From Candidatus Woesearchaeota archaeon (lineage in GTDB: Archaea > Nanobdellota > Nanobdellia > Woesearchaeales > ARS49): a stretch of 64,000 nucleotides of DNA. The stretch lies in the NCBI GenBank assembly GCA_014729505.1, contig WJJS01000001.1, forward strand, positions 12,938 through 76,937. The letters run 5' to 3'. Below, in pieces: positions 55,911 through 64,000 of this stretch. The notes under the pieces are model-generated. The model did no database searches and was not told where the DNA came from. It saw nothing but the letters and a program-made list of their open reading frames with translations. Position 1 is the first letter of the stretch; each line of letters begins with the position of its first letter. A program made the translations under genes and the position numbers.

Positions 55911-57716
55911 ATGGCAACAGAAGTATTTCTCAACGGAAAATATGTCGGTACCGTCGACAATCACAGGGATTTTTTAGACTCGCTCAAGACAGAACGACGA
56001 CGAGGAGCAATCAGTAACAACGTCAATGTACAATACGAAGAACACCTTGATCGCATCCATGTGGAAACCACCAGAGGTCGAACGAGACGACCACTCATCG
56101 TTGTACAAGACGGAAAAAGTCTTATCACCGATGAGATAATCCAACAACTGCAAAAAGGAGAACTCACCTGGAATAATCTAGTGGAGAAAGGTATTATCGA
56201 ATACCTTGATGCAGCAGAAGAAGAAAACGCACTCGTAGCGTTTTACGAAAGAGAACTCACACCATCACACACCCACCTGGAAGTCTCACCATTAGCAATG
56301 TTTGGACTTGTCACATCAATGGTTCCCTACGGCAATTTCAGTCAATCAGCACGATTACTCATTGGAGCAAAAAATCAAAAATACGGAATAGGACTGTACA
56401 CGGCAAACTATCTTCACCGTCTAGATATGGATGTCAATATTCTTCACTACCCGCAAATGCCCATAGTACAATCACTCACACATGGCATATCACGAAATGA
56501 AAAACACCCTGCAGGGCAAAACGTTGTCGTCGCAGTCATGAGCTACAAAGGATACAACATTGAAGACGCAATAATCATCAACAAAGGCAGTGTCGATTTC
56601 GGCTTTGCACGATCTACCTATTTTCGACCGGCAGTTGCAGAAGAACTACGCTACAGCGGAGGACTCACAGACCAGGTCAGTGTGCCGGACAAAGAAGTCA
56701 AAGGCTACAAGTCAGAACGCGATTATCGACATTTAGAAGATGATGGAATAGTATATCCAGAAGCGGTTGTCGGACCAGAAGATGTCATTATCGGAAAAAC
56801 AAGTCCGCCACGATTCCTTTCCTCGCTCGACGAGTACAGCCTTGCAGGAAACATACGACGTGAAAGCTCAGTAGGTCTTAAACACGGAGAAAACGGCGTG
56901 GTCGACTTTGTTGTGCTTACAGAAAACGGAGAAGGAAACAAACTCGTACAAGTCAGACTGCGCGATCAACGATTGCCAGAAATCGGTGACAAATTCACAA
57001 GCCGCGCAGGACAAAAAGGAATAGTCGGACTCATTGTTCCAGAAGCGGATCTTCCTTTCACATCAAACGGTATGACGCCAGACATTATCTTCAGTCCACA
57101 CTCCATACCCGGACGTATGACCGTATCACACTTACTGGAAATGCTCGGCGGAAAAACAGGAGCTCTTGGAGCGCGAAAAGTTGATGCAACATCCTTTAGT
57201 CCAGAACCGGAAGAGCGCATACGACAAGAACTGCTCAGTTTAGGATTCCGTGAAGACGGCACAGAAACACTCTACAATGGTCAGACAGGAGAACGCATAC
57301 AAGCAAAAATCTATGTCGGCTCCATGTACTACCTAAAACTACGACACCTCGTCGCAAACAGAATACAATCACGTGCAAGAGGACCAATACAACTCCTTAC
57401 AAGACAACCAACAGAAGGACGTGCAAAAGAAGGAGGACTTCGACTGGGAGAAATGGAAAAGGACACGCTTGTTGCTCACGGTGCATCACTACTCCTCAAA
57501 GAACGATTTGACTCTGACCAAACACTTGTACCAGTCTGTGAAAGCTGCGGAGTCATAGCAATTCATGACAGTGTAAAAAACAAACGACATTGCCCAATCT
57601 GCGGAGAAGGAGTCGAAGTCTCAGATATCGAGATAAGCTATGCATTCAAACTCATACTGGACGAATTCAAAAGCCTAGGATTATATCCAAAAATGATATT
57701 GGAGAGTAAATACTAA
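55911..57716 (+). CDS. rpoB1: DNA-directed RNA polymerase subunit B' (Rpo2 C-terminal part)
   Basis: GDKFTSRAGQKG, zinc-ribbon CESCG...CPICG at C-terminus; 601 aa. Confidence 0.9.
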   Translation: MATEVFLNGKYVGTVDNHRDFLDSLKTERRRGAISNNVNVQYEEHLDRIHVETTRGRTRRPLIVVQDGKSLITDEIIQQLQKGELTWNNLVEKGIIEYLDAAEEENALVAFYERELTPSHTHLEVSPLAMFGLVTSMVPYGNFSQSARLLIGAKNQKYGIGLYTANYLHRLDMDVNILHYPQMPIVQSLTHGISRNEKHPAGQNVVVAVMSYKGYNIEDAIIINKGSVDFGFARSTYFRPAVAEELRYSGGLTDQVSVPDKEVKGYKSERDYRHLEDDGIVYPEAVVGPEDVIIGKTSPPRFLSSLDEYSLAGNIRRESSVGLKHGENGVVDFVVLTENGEGNKLVQVRLRDQRLPEIGDKFTSRAGQKGIVGLIVPEADLPFTSNGMTPDIIFSPHSIPGRMTVSHLLEMLGGKTGALGARKVDATSFSPEPEERIRQELLSLGFREDGTETLYNGQTGERIQAKIYVGSMYYLKLRHLVANRIQSRARGPIQLLTRQPTEGRAKEGGLRLGEMEKDTLVAHGASLLLKERFDSDQTLVPVCESCGVIAIHDSVKNKRHCPICGEGVEVSDIEISYAFKLILDEFKSLGLYPKMILESKY

Positions 57717-60406
57717 TGCCAGAAGAAGTCAAACCGGACGAAGAAGTAAAAACTGAAGACACTGAAGACTCAGAGGTTGATGACGAAGAACAAAAAAACA
57801 TCCTTCGAGAATCACTCTCACGAGAACGAATGGAAGGACTGCAGCGTCACGTCTCAAAGAAAGTTAACAGCATAGTCTTTGGGATACTCAGTCCGAAAAT
57901 GATTCGAAAAATGGCAAGTGTCAAAGTAGTCACACCAGAACTCTACGACAAAGAAGGATATCCTGTCGACGGCGGACTCATGGACGTGCGTTTAGGAGTC
58001 ATTGATCCTGGACTGCGCTGCAAAACCTGCGGCAGCAAACTCAAGGAATGTATCGGACACTTCGGATACATAGAACTGGCACGACCGGTCATACACATCA
58101 GTTACATCAAAATCGTCTATTTACTATTACGAAGCACCTGCGGCGACTGTGGACGAGTCCTCATACCAGAAGATAAGATCCGCAAATACTCGAAATATCT
58201 CGAACGCATCGAACAACAAGAAGGAATCGCTGCAAAACGAAACGCCGTCAAGGAAATCGTCGACACATTCAAAAAAGTCAACAAATGCCCGCACTGCAGT
58301 GCAAAACAAGAAAAAATCGTTTTAGAAAAACCAAGCACATTTATCGAAGGAGAAAAAAGACTCACGCCAATAGATGTACGCAGTCGCTTAGAAAAAATAC
58401 CTGATGAGGATCTGCCACTTTTTGCAATCAACCCTGAAATGGGACGGCCAGAATGGTTAGTACTAACAATACTTGCAATACCTCCAGTAACAGTGCGCCC
58501 GTCAATAACACTGGAGAGCGGGGAGCGAAGCGAAGACGATCTCACACACAAATTAGGAGATATCGTCCGTATAAATCAACGATTATTTGAAAACATCAAT
58601 GCAGGAGCGCCGGAAATCATTATCGAAGACCTATGGGATCTATTACAGTATCACGTGACAACATTCTTTGATAACGGCGTAGCACAACTACCTCCGGCAC
58701 GTCACAGAAACGGACAACCACTCAAAACAATAACGGAGCGTATTAAGAGTAAAGAAGGACGAATACGCCGAAACCTTGCAGGTAAGAGAACTAATTTCTG
58801 TGCAAGAACTGTCATCAGCCCGGATCCAATGCTTAAGATCAACGAAGTAGGAGTGCCAAAAATCATGGCTAAAAAACTCACAGTTCCAGAAGTGATCAAT
58901 GAATGGAACATGGCGTACCTCAAGAAATTCGTTGAAAACGGTCCAGACAAATACCCAGGATCAAACTATATCATCAGACCTGACGGTAAACGAAAAAAGA
59001 TTACAGACGAAACAAAAGAAGCAGCACTAGAAGAATTGCAACCGGGTTACATCGTTGAACGACATCTTCTCGACGGTGATGTTGCGTTATTTAACCGCCA
59101 ACCTTCACTGCACAGAATGTCAATGATGTGCCACAAAATAAAAGTGCTGCCTTACAAAACATTGCGATTAAATCCTGCAGTATGTGCACCATACAACGCA
59201 GACTTCGACGGGGATGAGATGAACCTGCACGTACCACAAACAGAAGAAGCACGAGCCGAAGCAGAAATACTCATGGATGTACAAACACAACTCATCAGTC
59301 CGGGTTATGGACGAAGTGCTGTTGGCTGTATTCATGACGGAATTTCAGGAAACTATGTGCTAACAAAAGATCTGGAATTTGATCGACAAACAGCAATAGA
59401 CATTCTCAGTTCCATTGGATACTTTGACTTTTCAAAATTACCACACAAGAAAAAAATAAGCGGAAAAGAAATATTCAGCGCACTTTTACCAAAAGATTTC
59501 AATTATGTAGGAACAACAAAACAAGGAGAAAAAGTGACGGTACGCGACGGACAAATCATTGAAGGAGTAATGGACATAAAAGCAATCGGCGGAGAAGGAA
59601 ACGGAGATCTTCTGCGACTATTGCACAAACAATATGGTCCGGCAGCAACAGTAGAAATGTTGCACTACATCTTTAAGCTTGGCATCGAAGTACTTCTTCG
59701 CACCGGTCTCACAAGTGCTATCGGCGATGTTGATCTGCCACCATCAGCTCGAAAAGAGATCAATGAACTGCTTACAAAAGCAGAAGAGGAAGTGCAAGGT
59801 TTTATCGACGCATACGAAGCAGGAACACTCGAAGCATTTCCAGGACGAACAGTCAAACAAACACTGGAATTAAAGATCATCCAGGTTCTCAACAAAGCAA
59901 GAAACGGCTGCGGTAATGTAATAAAGAATAATGTGCATGAAAACTTCAACAGTCACGTTCTTATCAATAGCGGAGCTCGAGGAAACATACTCAACGTTGT
60001 ACAAATGTCTGCTTGTGTAGGACAGCAGGCACTGCGAGGAAGCAGAATAGACAAAGGCTACTCGGGACGAACACTGTCGTGCTTTAAAAAAGGAGATCTC
60101 TCGCCGGCAGCAAGAGGTTTTGTACGCACAGGATTCAAAAACGGACTCAACCCAAAGGAATTCTTTTTCCACGCGATTACAGGAAGAGATGCACTGATGG
60201 ATACTGCGCTTAGAACGCCAAAATCCGGATACCTTTATCGACGATTAGCAAATGCCCTGCAAGATCTACGGGTTGAATATGATAATACCGTACGCGATGC
60301 AAACGGCATGATTATCCAATTCGAATACGGTGAAGACGGCATTGACGTTTCGCGAAGCGAAAGCGGAACAATAGATGTTAAACGCATAGTGGAGTTGATC
60401 AAATAA
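57716..60406 (+). CDS. rpoA1: DNA-directed RNA polymerase subunit A' (Rpo1N)
   Basis: Zn-finger CKTCGSKLKECIGHFG, NADFDGDEMN catalytic motif; 896 aa. Confidence 0.95.
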   Translation: MPEEVKPDEEVKTEDTEDSEVDDEEQKNILRESLSRERMEGLQRHVSKKVNSIVFGILSPKMIRKMASVKVVTPELYDKEGYPVDGGLMDVRLGVIDPGLRCKTCGSKLKECIGHFGYIELARPVIHISYIKIVYLLLRSTCGDCGRVLIPEDKIRKYSKYLERIEQQEGIAAKRNAVKEIVDTFKKVNKCPHCSAKQEKIVLEKPSTFIEGEKRLTPIDVRSRLEKIPDEDLPLFAINPEMGRPEWLVLTILAIPPVTVRPSITLESGERSEDDLTHKLGDIVRINQRLFENINAGAPEIIIEDLWDLLQYHVTTFFDNGVAQLPPARHRNGQPLKTITERIKSKEGRIRRNLAGKRTNFCARTVISPDPMLKINEVGVPKIMAKKLTVPEVINEWNMAYLKKFVENGPDKYPGSNYIIRPDGKRKKITDETKEAALEELQPGYIVERHLLDGDVALFNRQPSLHRMSMMCHKIKVLPYKTLRLNPAVCAPYNADFDGDEMNLHVPQTEEARAEAEILMDVQTQLISPGYGRSAVGCIHDGISGNYVLTKDLEFDRQTAIDILSSIGYFDFSKLPHKKKISGKEIFSALLPKDFNYVGTTKQGEKVTVRDGQIIEGVMDIKAIGGEGNGDLLRLLHKQYGPAATVEMLHYIFKLGIEVLLRTGLTSAIGDVDLPPSARKEINELLTKAEEEVQGFIDAYEAGTLEAFPGRTVKQTLELKIIQVLNKARNGCGNVIKNNVHENFNSHVLINSGARGNILNVVQMSACVGQQALRGSRIDKGYSGRTLSCFKKGDLSPAARGFVRTGFKNGLNPKEFFFHAITGRDALMDTALRTPKSGYLYRRLANALQDLRVEYDNTVRDANGMIIQFEYGEDGIDVSRSESGTIDVKRIVELIK

Positions 60407-61533
60407 TGGTACATAAAGATCTCGAAGAATACGCAGGCGTATTACCGCCAAAACTCCTAGAAGAGATTGAAGAACAGGCGCCTGCAAGCAAGCGAAAAAA
60501 AGTCGGACAAATCGTTTACGATGAGTACATGAAAGCGCGAGTAGATGCAGGAGAAAGCGTAGGTCTTATCAGTGCTGAATCAATAGGAGAGCAGGCAACA
60601 CAGATGACGCTTAACACCTTCCACTTTGCAGGAGTCGCAGAAATGAACGTCACCATGGGATTGCCTCGAATCATTGAAATCCTTGACGCGAGAAAAGCAA
60701 TCAAAACACCAAAAATGGAAATTTATCTTAACAGTCCTTACAACAAAGGAAAGGACATCAGACAAATAGCGCTCTCAATCAAAGATACCAGACTGGGAGA
60801 ACTGGTCAGCGAGTATGCAATCAACATCTTTGAATTCGTCATCGACATCCATCTCAATGCAGAAAAGATGCAACTGCTAAGCCTAACACCTGCAAAAATA
60901 AGCAAGCTCCTTGACAAAGCACTGGGAAAAGTCACCAAAATAACAGATGCAGGAGAAAACAAAATTTCACTGCAACTCAAGGCAAAAGAAGACCGCAATC
61001 TCAACACACTCTACAAACTCAAAGAAAAAATAAAGGATGTACACGTAAAAGGAATCAAAGGCATACGACAAGTCCTGCCAGTACGACGACAAGATGAATT
61101 CATCATCATCACCGCAGGAACAAACCTGAAAAAAGTCCTCGCCCTTGAATTTGTTGATCCAACACGAACTATCACCAATGACGTTCACGAATTTGCAAAA
61201 GTGATGGGCATCGAAGCTGCACGACATTTGATCATTGAAGAAGTCTACCGCGTAATCGAAGCACAAGGATTGAGCGTGGATATCCGCCACATCATGCTTG
61301 TTGCAGATACCATGTGCGTGACAGGAGAGATCAAAGGAATAACGCGATACGGTGTTGTAAGCGAAAAATCAAGCGTGCTTGCACGAGCATCCTTTGAAAC
61401 GCCAATAAGACACCTCATCAATGCAGCATTACTCGGAGAAGTCGATAAGCTTAATAGTGTTGTTGAAAATGTCATGCTGAACCAGCCAGTACCCATAGGA
61501 ACTGGACTACCACAACTACGAGTCAAGGAATAA
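60406..61533 (+). CDS. rpoA2: DNA-directed RNA polymerase subunit A'' (Rpo1C)
   Basis: 375 aa, ATGA overlap with A'; trigger-loop region. Confidence 0.9.
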   Translation: MVHKDLEEYAGVLPPKLLEEIEEQAPASKRKKVGQIVYDEYMKARVDAGESVGLISAESIGEQATQMTLNTFHFAGVAEMNVTMGLPRIIEILDARKAIKTPKMEIYLNSPYNKGKDIRQIALSIKDTRLGELVSEYAINIFEFVIDIHLNAEKMQLLSLTPAKISKLLDKALGKVTKITDAGENKISLQLKAKEDRNLNTLYKLKEKIKDVHVKGIKGIRQVLPVRRQDEFIIITAGTNLKKVLALEFVDPTRTITNDVHEFAKVMGIEAARHLIIEEVYRVIEAQGLSVDIRHIMLVADTMCVTGEIKGITRYGVVSEKSSVLARASFETPIRHLINAALLGEVDKLNSVVENVMLNQPVPIGTGLPQLRVKE

Positions 61534-61793
61534 TGGATAACGAAGAAATACGAAACCTGTTTAAAGACGGCAAACTCGTTATAGGCACTGATAGAGTACT
61601 CAAAGGAGTGCGCGAAGGTACCATAACAAAAGTCATTGCTGCAAAAAACTGTCCAGAAGAAACGCTCAAAGAACTTGCACATTACAAAAAGCTAACTACT
61701 ATCGATATAGAACACTCAGACCTTACAAACGAACAACTTGGCGTACTGTGCAAGAAACGCTTTTCTATAGCTCTTATCGGCGTACTTGCATGA
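61533..61793 (+). CDS. rpl30e: Ribosomal protein eL30 (L30e)
   Basis: GKLVIGTDRVLKGVREGTITKVIAAKNCPEE. Confidence 0.85.
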   Translation: MDNEEIRNLFKDGKLVIGTDRVLKGVREGTITKVIAAKNCPEETLKELAHYKKLTTIDIEHSDLTNEQLGVLCKKRFSIALIGVLA

Positions 61794-62227
61794 AACGCAT
61801 ATTCGACACCCAAACCATGCAAGTAATGCGTATGTTTGAACAGATAACACACGCGAATCTCAAAGACTGTTTCACCGAAGACGAGATACAATATTTTATC
61901 GTCGAAGAACACCAAATAGGCAAAGCAGTTGGAAAACAAGGGCGCAACCTCAAAAAATTAGAGAAAGCTTTAAAAAGGAAAGTCAAAATCGTTGAATACA
62001 GTAGCGATCTTGCGACATTTGTTCGCAATCTCTATTATCCTACCAAGATAGAAGATATCGTCGTGGAGGAAGAGACAGTAACCATCATGCCAGCAGATCT
62101 GCAGGCGCGAGGATACCTGATCGGGCGTGGCGCAAACACGCTTAGACGAATCGAACGGATCGTACAACGCTACTTTGATATTAAAGAAATTAAAATCGCA
62201 CCATGGTCAAAAAAGCAAGAGGCTTAA
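61790..62227 (+). CDS. nusA: Transcription termination/antitermination factor NusA (archaeal KH-domain type), start at MKRIFDTQ
   Basis: KH motifs [19 protein letters not shown] and [16 protein letters not shown]; ATGA overlap with L30e. Confidence 0.8.
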   Translation: MKRIFDTQTMQVMRMFEQITHANLKDCFTEDEIQYFIVEEHQIGKAVGKQGRNLKKLEKALKRKVKIVEYSSDLATFVRNLYYPTKIEDIVVEEETVTIMPADLQARGYLIGRGANTLRRIERIVQRYFDIKEIKIAPWSKKQEA

Positions 62228-62640
62228 ACGCAGGCAGCAAATTACGACAGCGACGAGAACGATTCCGCTGGAGTCAAAAAACATGGGTACGAAAATTTTT
62301 GGACCTGAAACGAAAATCCGACCCTCTGGAAGCTGCACATCAAGCTAAAGGTATTGTTCTTAAAAAAGTGCAAGTAGAAGCAAAACAACCAAACTCAGGT
62401 CTTCGAAAATGTGTCAGAGTACAATTGACGAAAAACAGCCGACAAGTCACTGCAATGCTTCCAGGAGACAAAGCAAAAGATTTTGTTGACGAGCACGACG
62501 AAGTCATCATCCAATGTATTGGAGGAGCAAAAGGTCGGGCAAAAGGAGATCTTGGAGGAGTGCGCTGGGAAGTAACACATGTTAACGGACAAAGCCTCAA
62601 GGATTTGCGCAAAGGAAAGATAGAGAAGGCAAGAAAATAA
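62203..62640 (+). CDS. rps12: Ribosomal protein uS12
   Basis: [27 protein letters not shown]..., canonical position after nusA. Confidence 0.9.
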   Translation: MVKKARGLNAGSKLRQRRERFRWSQKTWVRKFLDLKRKSDPLEAAHQAKGIVLKKVQVEAKQPNSGLRKCVRVQLTKNSRQVTAMLPGDKAKDFVDEHDEVIIQCIGGAKGRAKGDLGGVRWEVTHVNGQSLKDLRKGKIEKARK

Positions 62641-63236
62641 TGGATATACTCGTGTTTGACAAATGGAGTGCAAAAGATCTGGCAGTTGAAGATCCAGGTC
62701 TGCAACGATATATCACACTTGATCCTGCGTATCGAAGCAAGACAGGAGCGCGATACGGCGGCCGACGATTCTACAAATCAAAAATCTTTATTGTAGAACG
62801 CTTAATCAACAAACTCATGGTACCGGGACATCGGGGGAAAAAACACAAAATCACGAGCGGACATGTCACAGGCAAAGCAGCAAATGCACGACGCATCGTC
62901 GAAGAAGCATTCGAACTCGTTGAAAAACGCACAAAAAAGAACCCTGTCGAAGTCTTTGTCAAAGCACTGGAAAACGGAGCTCCACGAGAAGAAATACTCA
63001 CGATCGAGTACGGTGGTGCCAGATATCCAAAAGCAGTAGATGTAGCACCACAACGACGCGTTGATTATGTACTGCGACTCCTCGTCCATGGATCGTTTGA
63101 CCGCTCCTTTAACAAAAAGAAAAGCATGGCACAAGCACTGGCAGACGAAATCGTCGCAGCATATTCTATGAGTGCAGACAGTACTGCTATTTCCAAAAAA
63201 AACGACGTCGAACGACAAGCAGACAGCAGCAGGTAG
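62640..63236 (+). CDS. rps7: Ribosomal protein uS7
   Basis: 198 aa, ATGG overlap with S12 stop; LINKLMVPGHRGKKHK... Confidence 0.9.
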   Translation: MDILVFDKWSAKDLAVEDPGLQRYITLDPAYRSKTGARYGGRRFYKSKIFIVERLINKLMVPGHRGKKHKITSGHVTGKAANARRIVEEAFELVEKRTKKNPVEVFVKALENGAPREEILTIEYGGARYPKAVDVAPQRRVDYVLRLLVHGSFDRSFNKKKSMAQALADEIVAAYSMSADSTAISKKNDVERQADSSR

Positions 63237-63282
63237 TTGTCCGATCAGTAGTTTTTTATAACACAGAATACTCAATGCACAT

Positions 63283-64000
63283 ATGAAAAGAGGTCTTATA
63301 CTGGTAGTATTGCTCTGCGTTCTCAATATTGTTATAGCCGAGACTACAGGCGGCACTACAGAAACAGGCCACTTCAGTCAATCAGGACAACTCCTCAACA
63401 TCAATGATCAAGATAATGACGGGGTAGTTGATAGCAGCGATCGTTGCCAAAACACGAGAGAAGAATCAGTAACCCTGCAAGGATGCGCAGAAGAACAACT
63501 CCTTGAAGAAGCACGCTTTACCGTTCCCCTCACAGAAGGAGTAAACGAGATCGCACCAGAAGACACCATTGGTACGGTTCCAGAAGATTTCACCGTTATC
63601 ATCATCAAAGAAGGAGACTTCTACACCCTACACGTTGACAGTCTGGACAATGAACCACTACTGCTAGAAGAAGGAAAAACCATACGAGTACACAGTGTCA
63701 CACATACCGTTGCATCCATTGCTGAAAATGCAGTAGAATTTTCATGGGAATACGCGCCGGACTTCACCCCACATTCATTGTGTCAACAAGTGTATCTCAC
63801 CTACTTGCCCATTTCAACAACAGAAGTACTGGCGCATCCCACCTGCTACGTTCAAGATGGAAAGGAACTCATCGTATACACTACAAAAATCACGTGCACG
63901 CACCGCGTTACTGACACGGTTATTCTCAGTGATGATCGGGCATGCGAACTTGCAGGACTAGGAACTGCATGCATGCGAAACGAACAATGCAGTACAGGTT
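63283..64000 (+). CDS. Secreted protein with signal peptide, hypothetical; 3' end beyond window
   Basis: MKRGLILVVLLCVLNIVIAETTGG...; open frame to window end. Confidence 0.4.
   Translation, partial: MKRGLILVVLLCVLNIVIAETTGGTTETGHFSQSGQLLNINDQDNDGVVDSSDRCQNTREESVTLQGCAEEQLLEEARFTVPLTEGVNEIAPEDTIGTVPEDFTVIIIKEGDFYTLHVDSLDNEPLLLEEGKTIRVHSVTHTVASIAENAVEFSWEYAPDFTPHSLCQQVYLTYLPISTTEVLAHPTCYVQDGKELIVYTTKITCTHRVTDTVILSDDRACELAGLGTACMRNEQCSTG

Overview
This 64 kb window is archaeal chromosome. The evidence is aEF-1alpha/aEF-2, a thermosome, split RNA polymerase genes (rpoH-B''-B'-A'-A'') followed by L30e-NusA-S12-S7, an L7Ae-S28e-L24e cluster, S10, and archaeal-type GluRS. Gene packing is tight, with frequent 4-nt ATGA overlaps and TATA-like boxes about 25-30 nt upstream of starts. 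The tRNA genes carry several introns, including non-canonical T-loop introns. Together with many bacterial-type genes (Lgt, class II FBA, RpiB, class 2 DHODH, NDH-2), this suggests a small-genome, DPANN-like archaeon; that lineage call is an inference.

Translation and transcription core: EF-1alpha, EF-2, S10, L7Ae, S28e, L24e, the RNAP operon, L30e, NusA, S12, S7, GluRS and a thermosome subunit.

Other housekeeping and accessory genes include a Ca-type P-type ATPase, a GT3-type glycogen synthase, and an AsnB fused to a Dph6/MJ0570-like PP-loop domain. A PfkB-FBA(II)-RpiB-Rpe operon, Rad50, an SRAP/HMCES-like protein, TspO, two HIT proteins, a HAD hydrolase, an MFS transporter interrupted by a frameshift, class 2 PyrD and an NDH-2-like oxidoreductase are also present. 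There are several lipobox lipoproteins together with a bona fide Lgt homologue.

RNA genes (my manual folding): tRNA-Ala(GGC), Met(CAT, intron), Ser(TGA), Gly(TCC, 2 introns), Tyr(GTA, intron), Asp(GTC, 2 introns), Lys(TTT, 2 introns).

Most notable items:
1. An operon encoding SRAP, a small protein with a degenerate RecA-like P-loop, a helical protein, and a large exonuclease-less family-B DNA-polymerase-like protein fused to a C-terminal VRR-NUC nuclease. Motif C of the polymerase deviates (IIDS rather than DTDS). This looks like a novel archaeal damage-tolerance or mutasome-like (or defence) cassette.
2. A conserved, covarying hairpin element of about 55 nt found three times, each time directly after a duplicated 5' fragment of the downstream tRNA (Ala, Met, Ser loci).
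3. A tRNA-Ser integration hotspot with a pseudo-tRNA carrying insertions, tandem 99-nt repeats, 59-nt direct repeats flanking a remnant of about 0.86 kb that carries an RHH/RelE-like gene pair, and a frameshifted LAGLIDADG endonuclease pseudogene beside tRNA-Gly.
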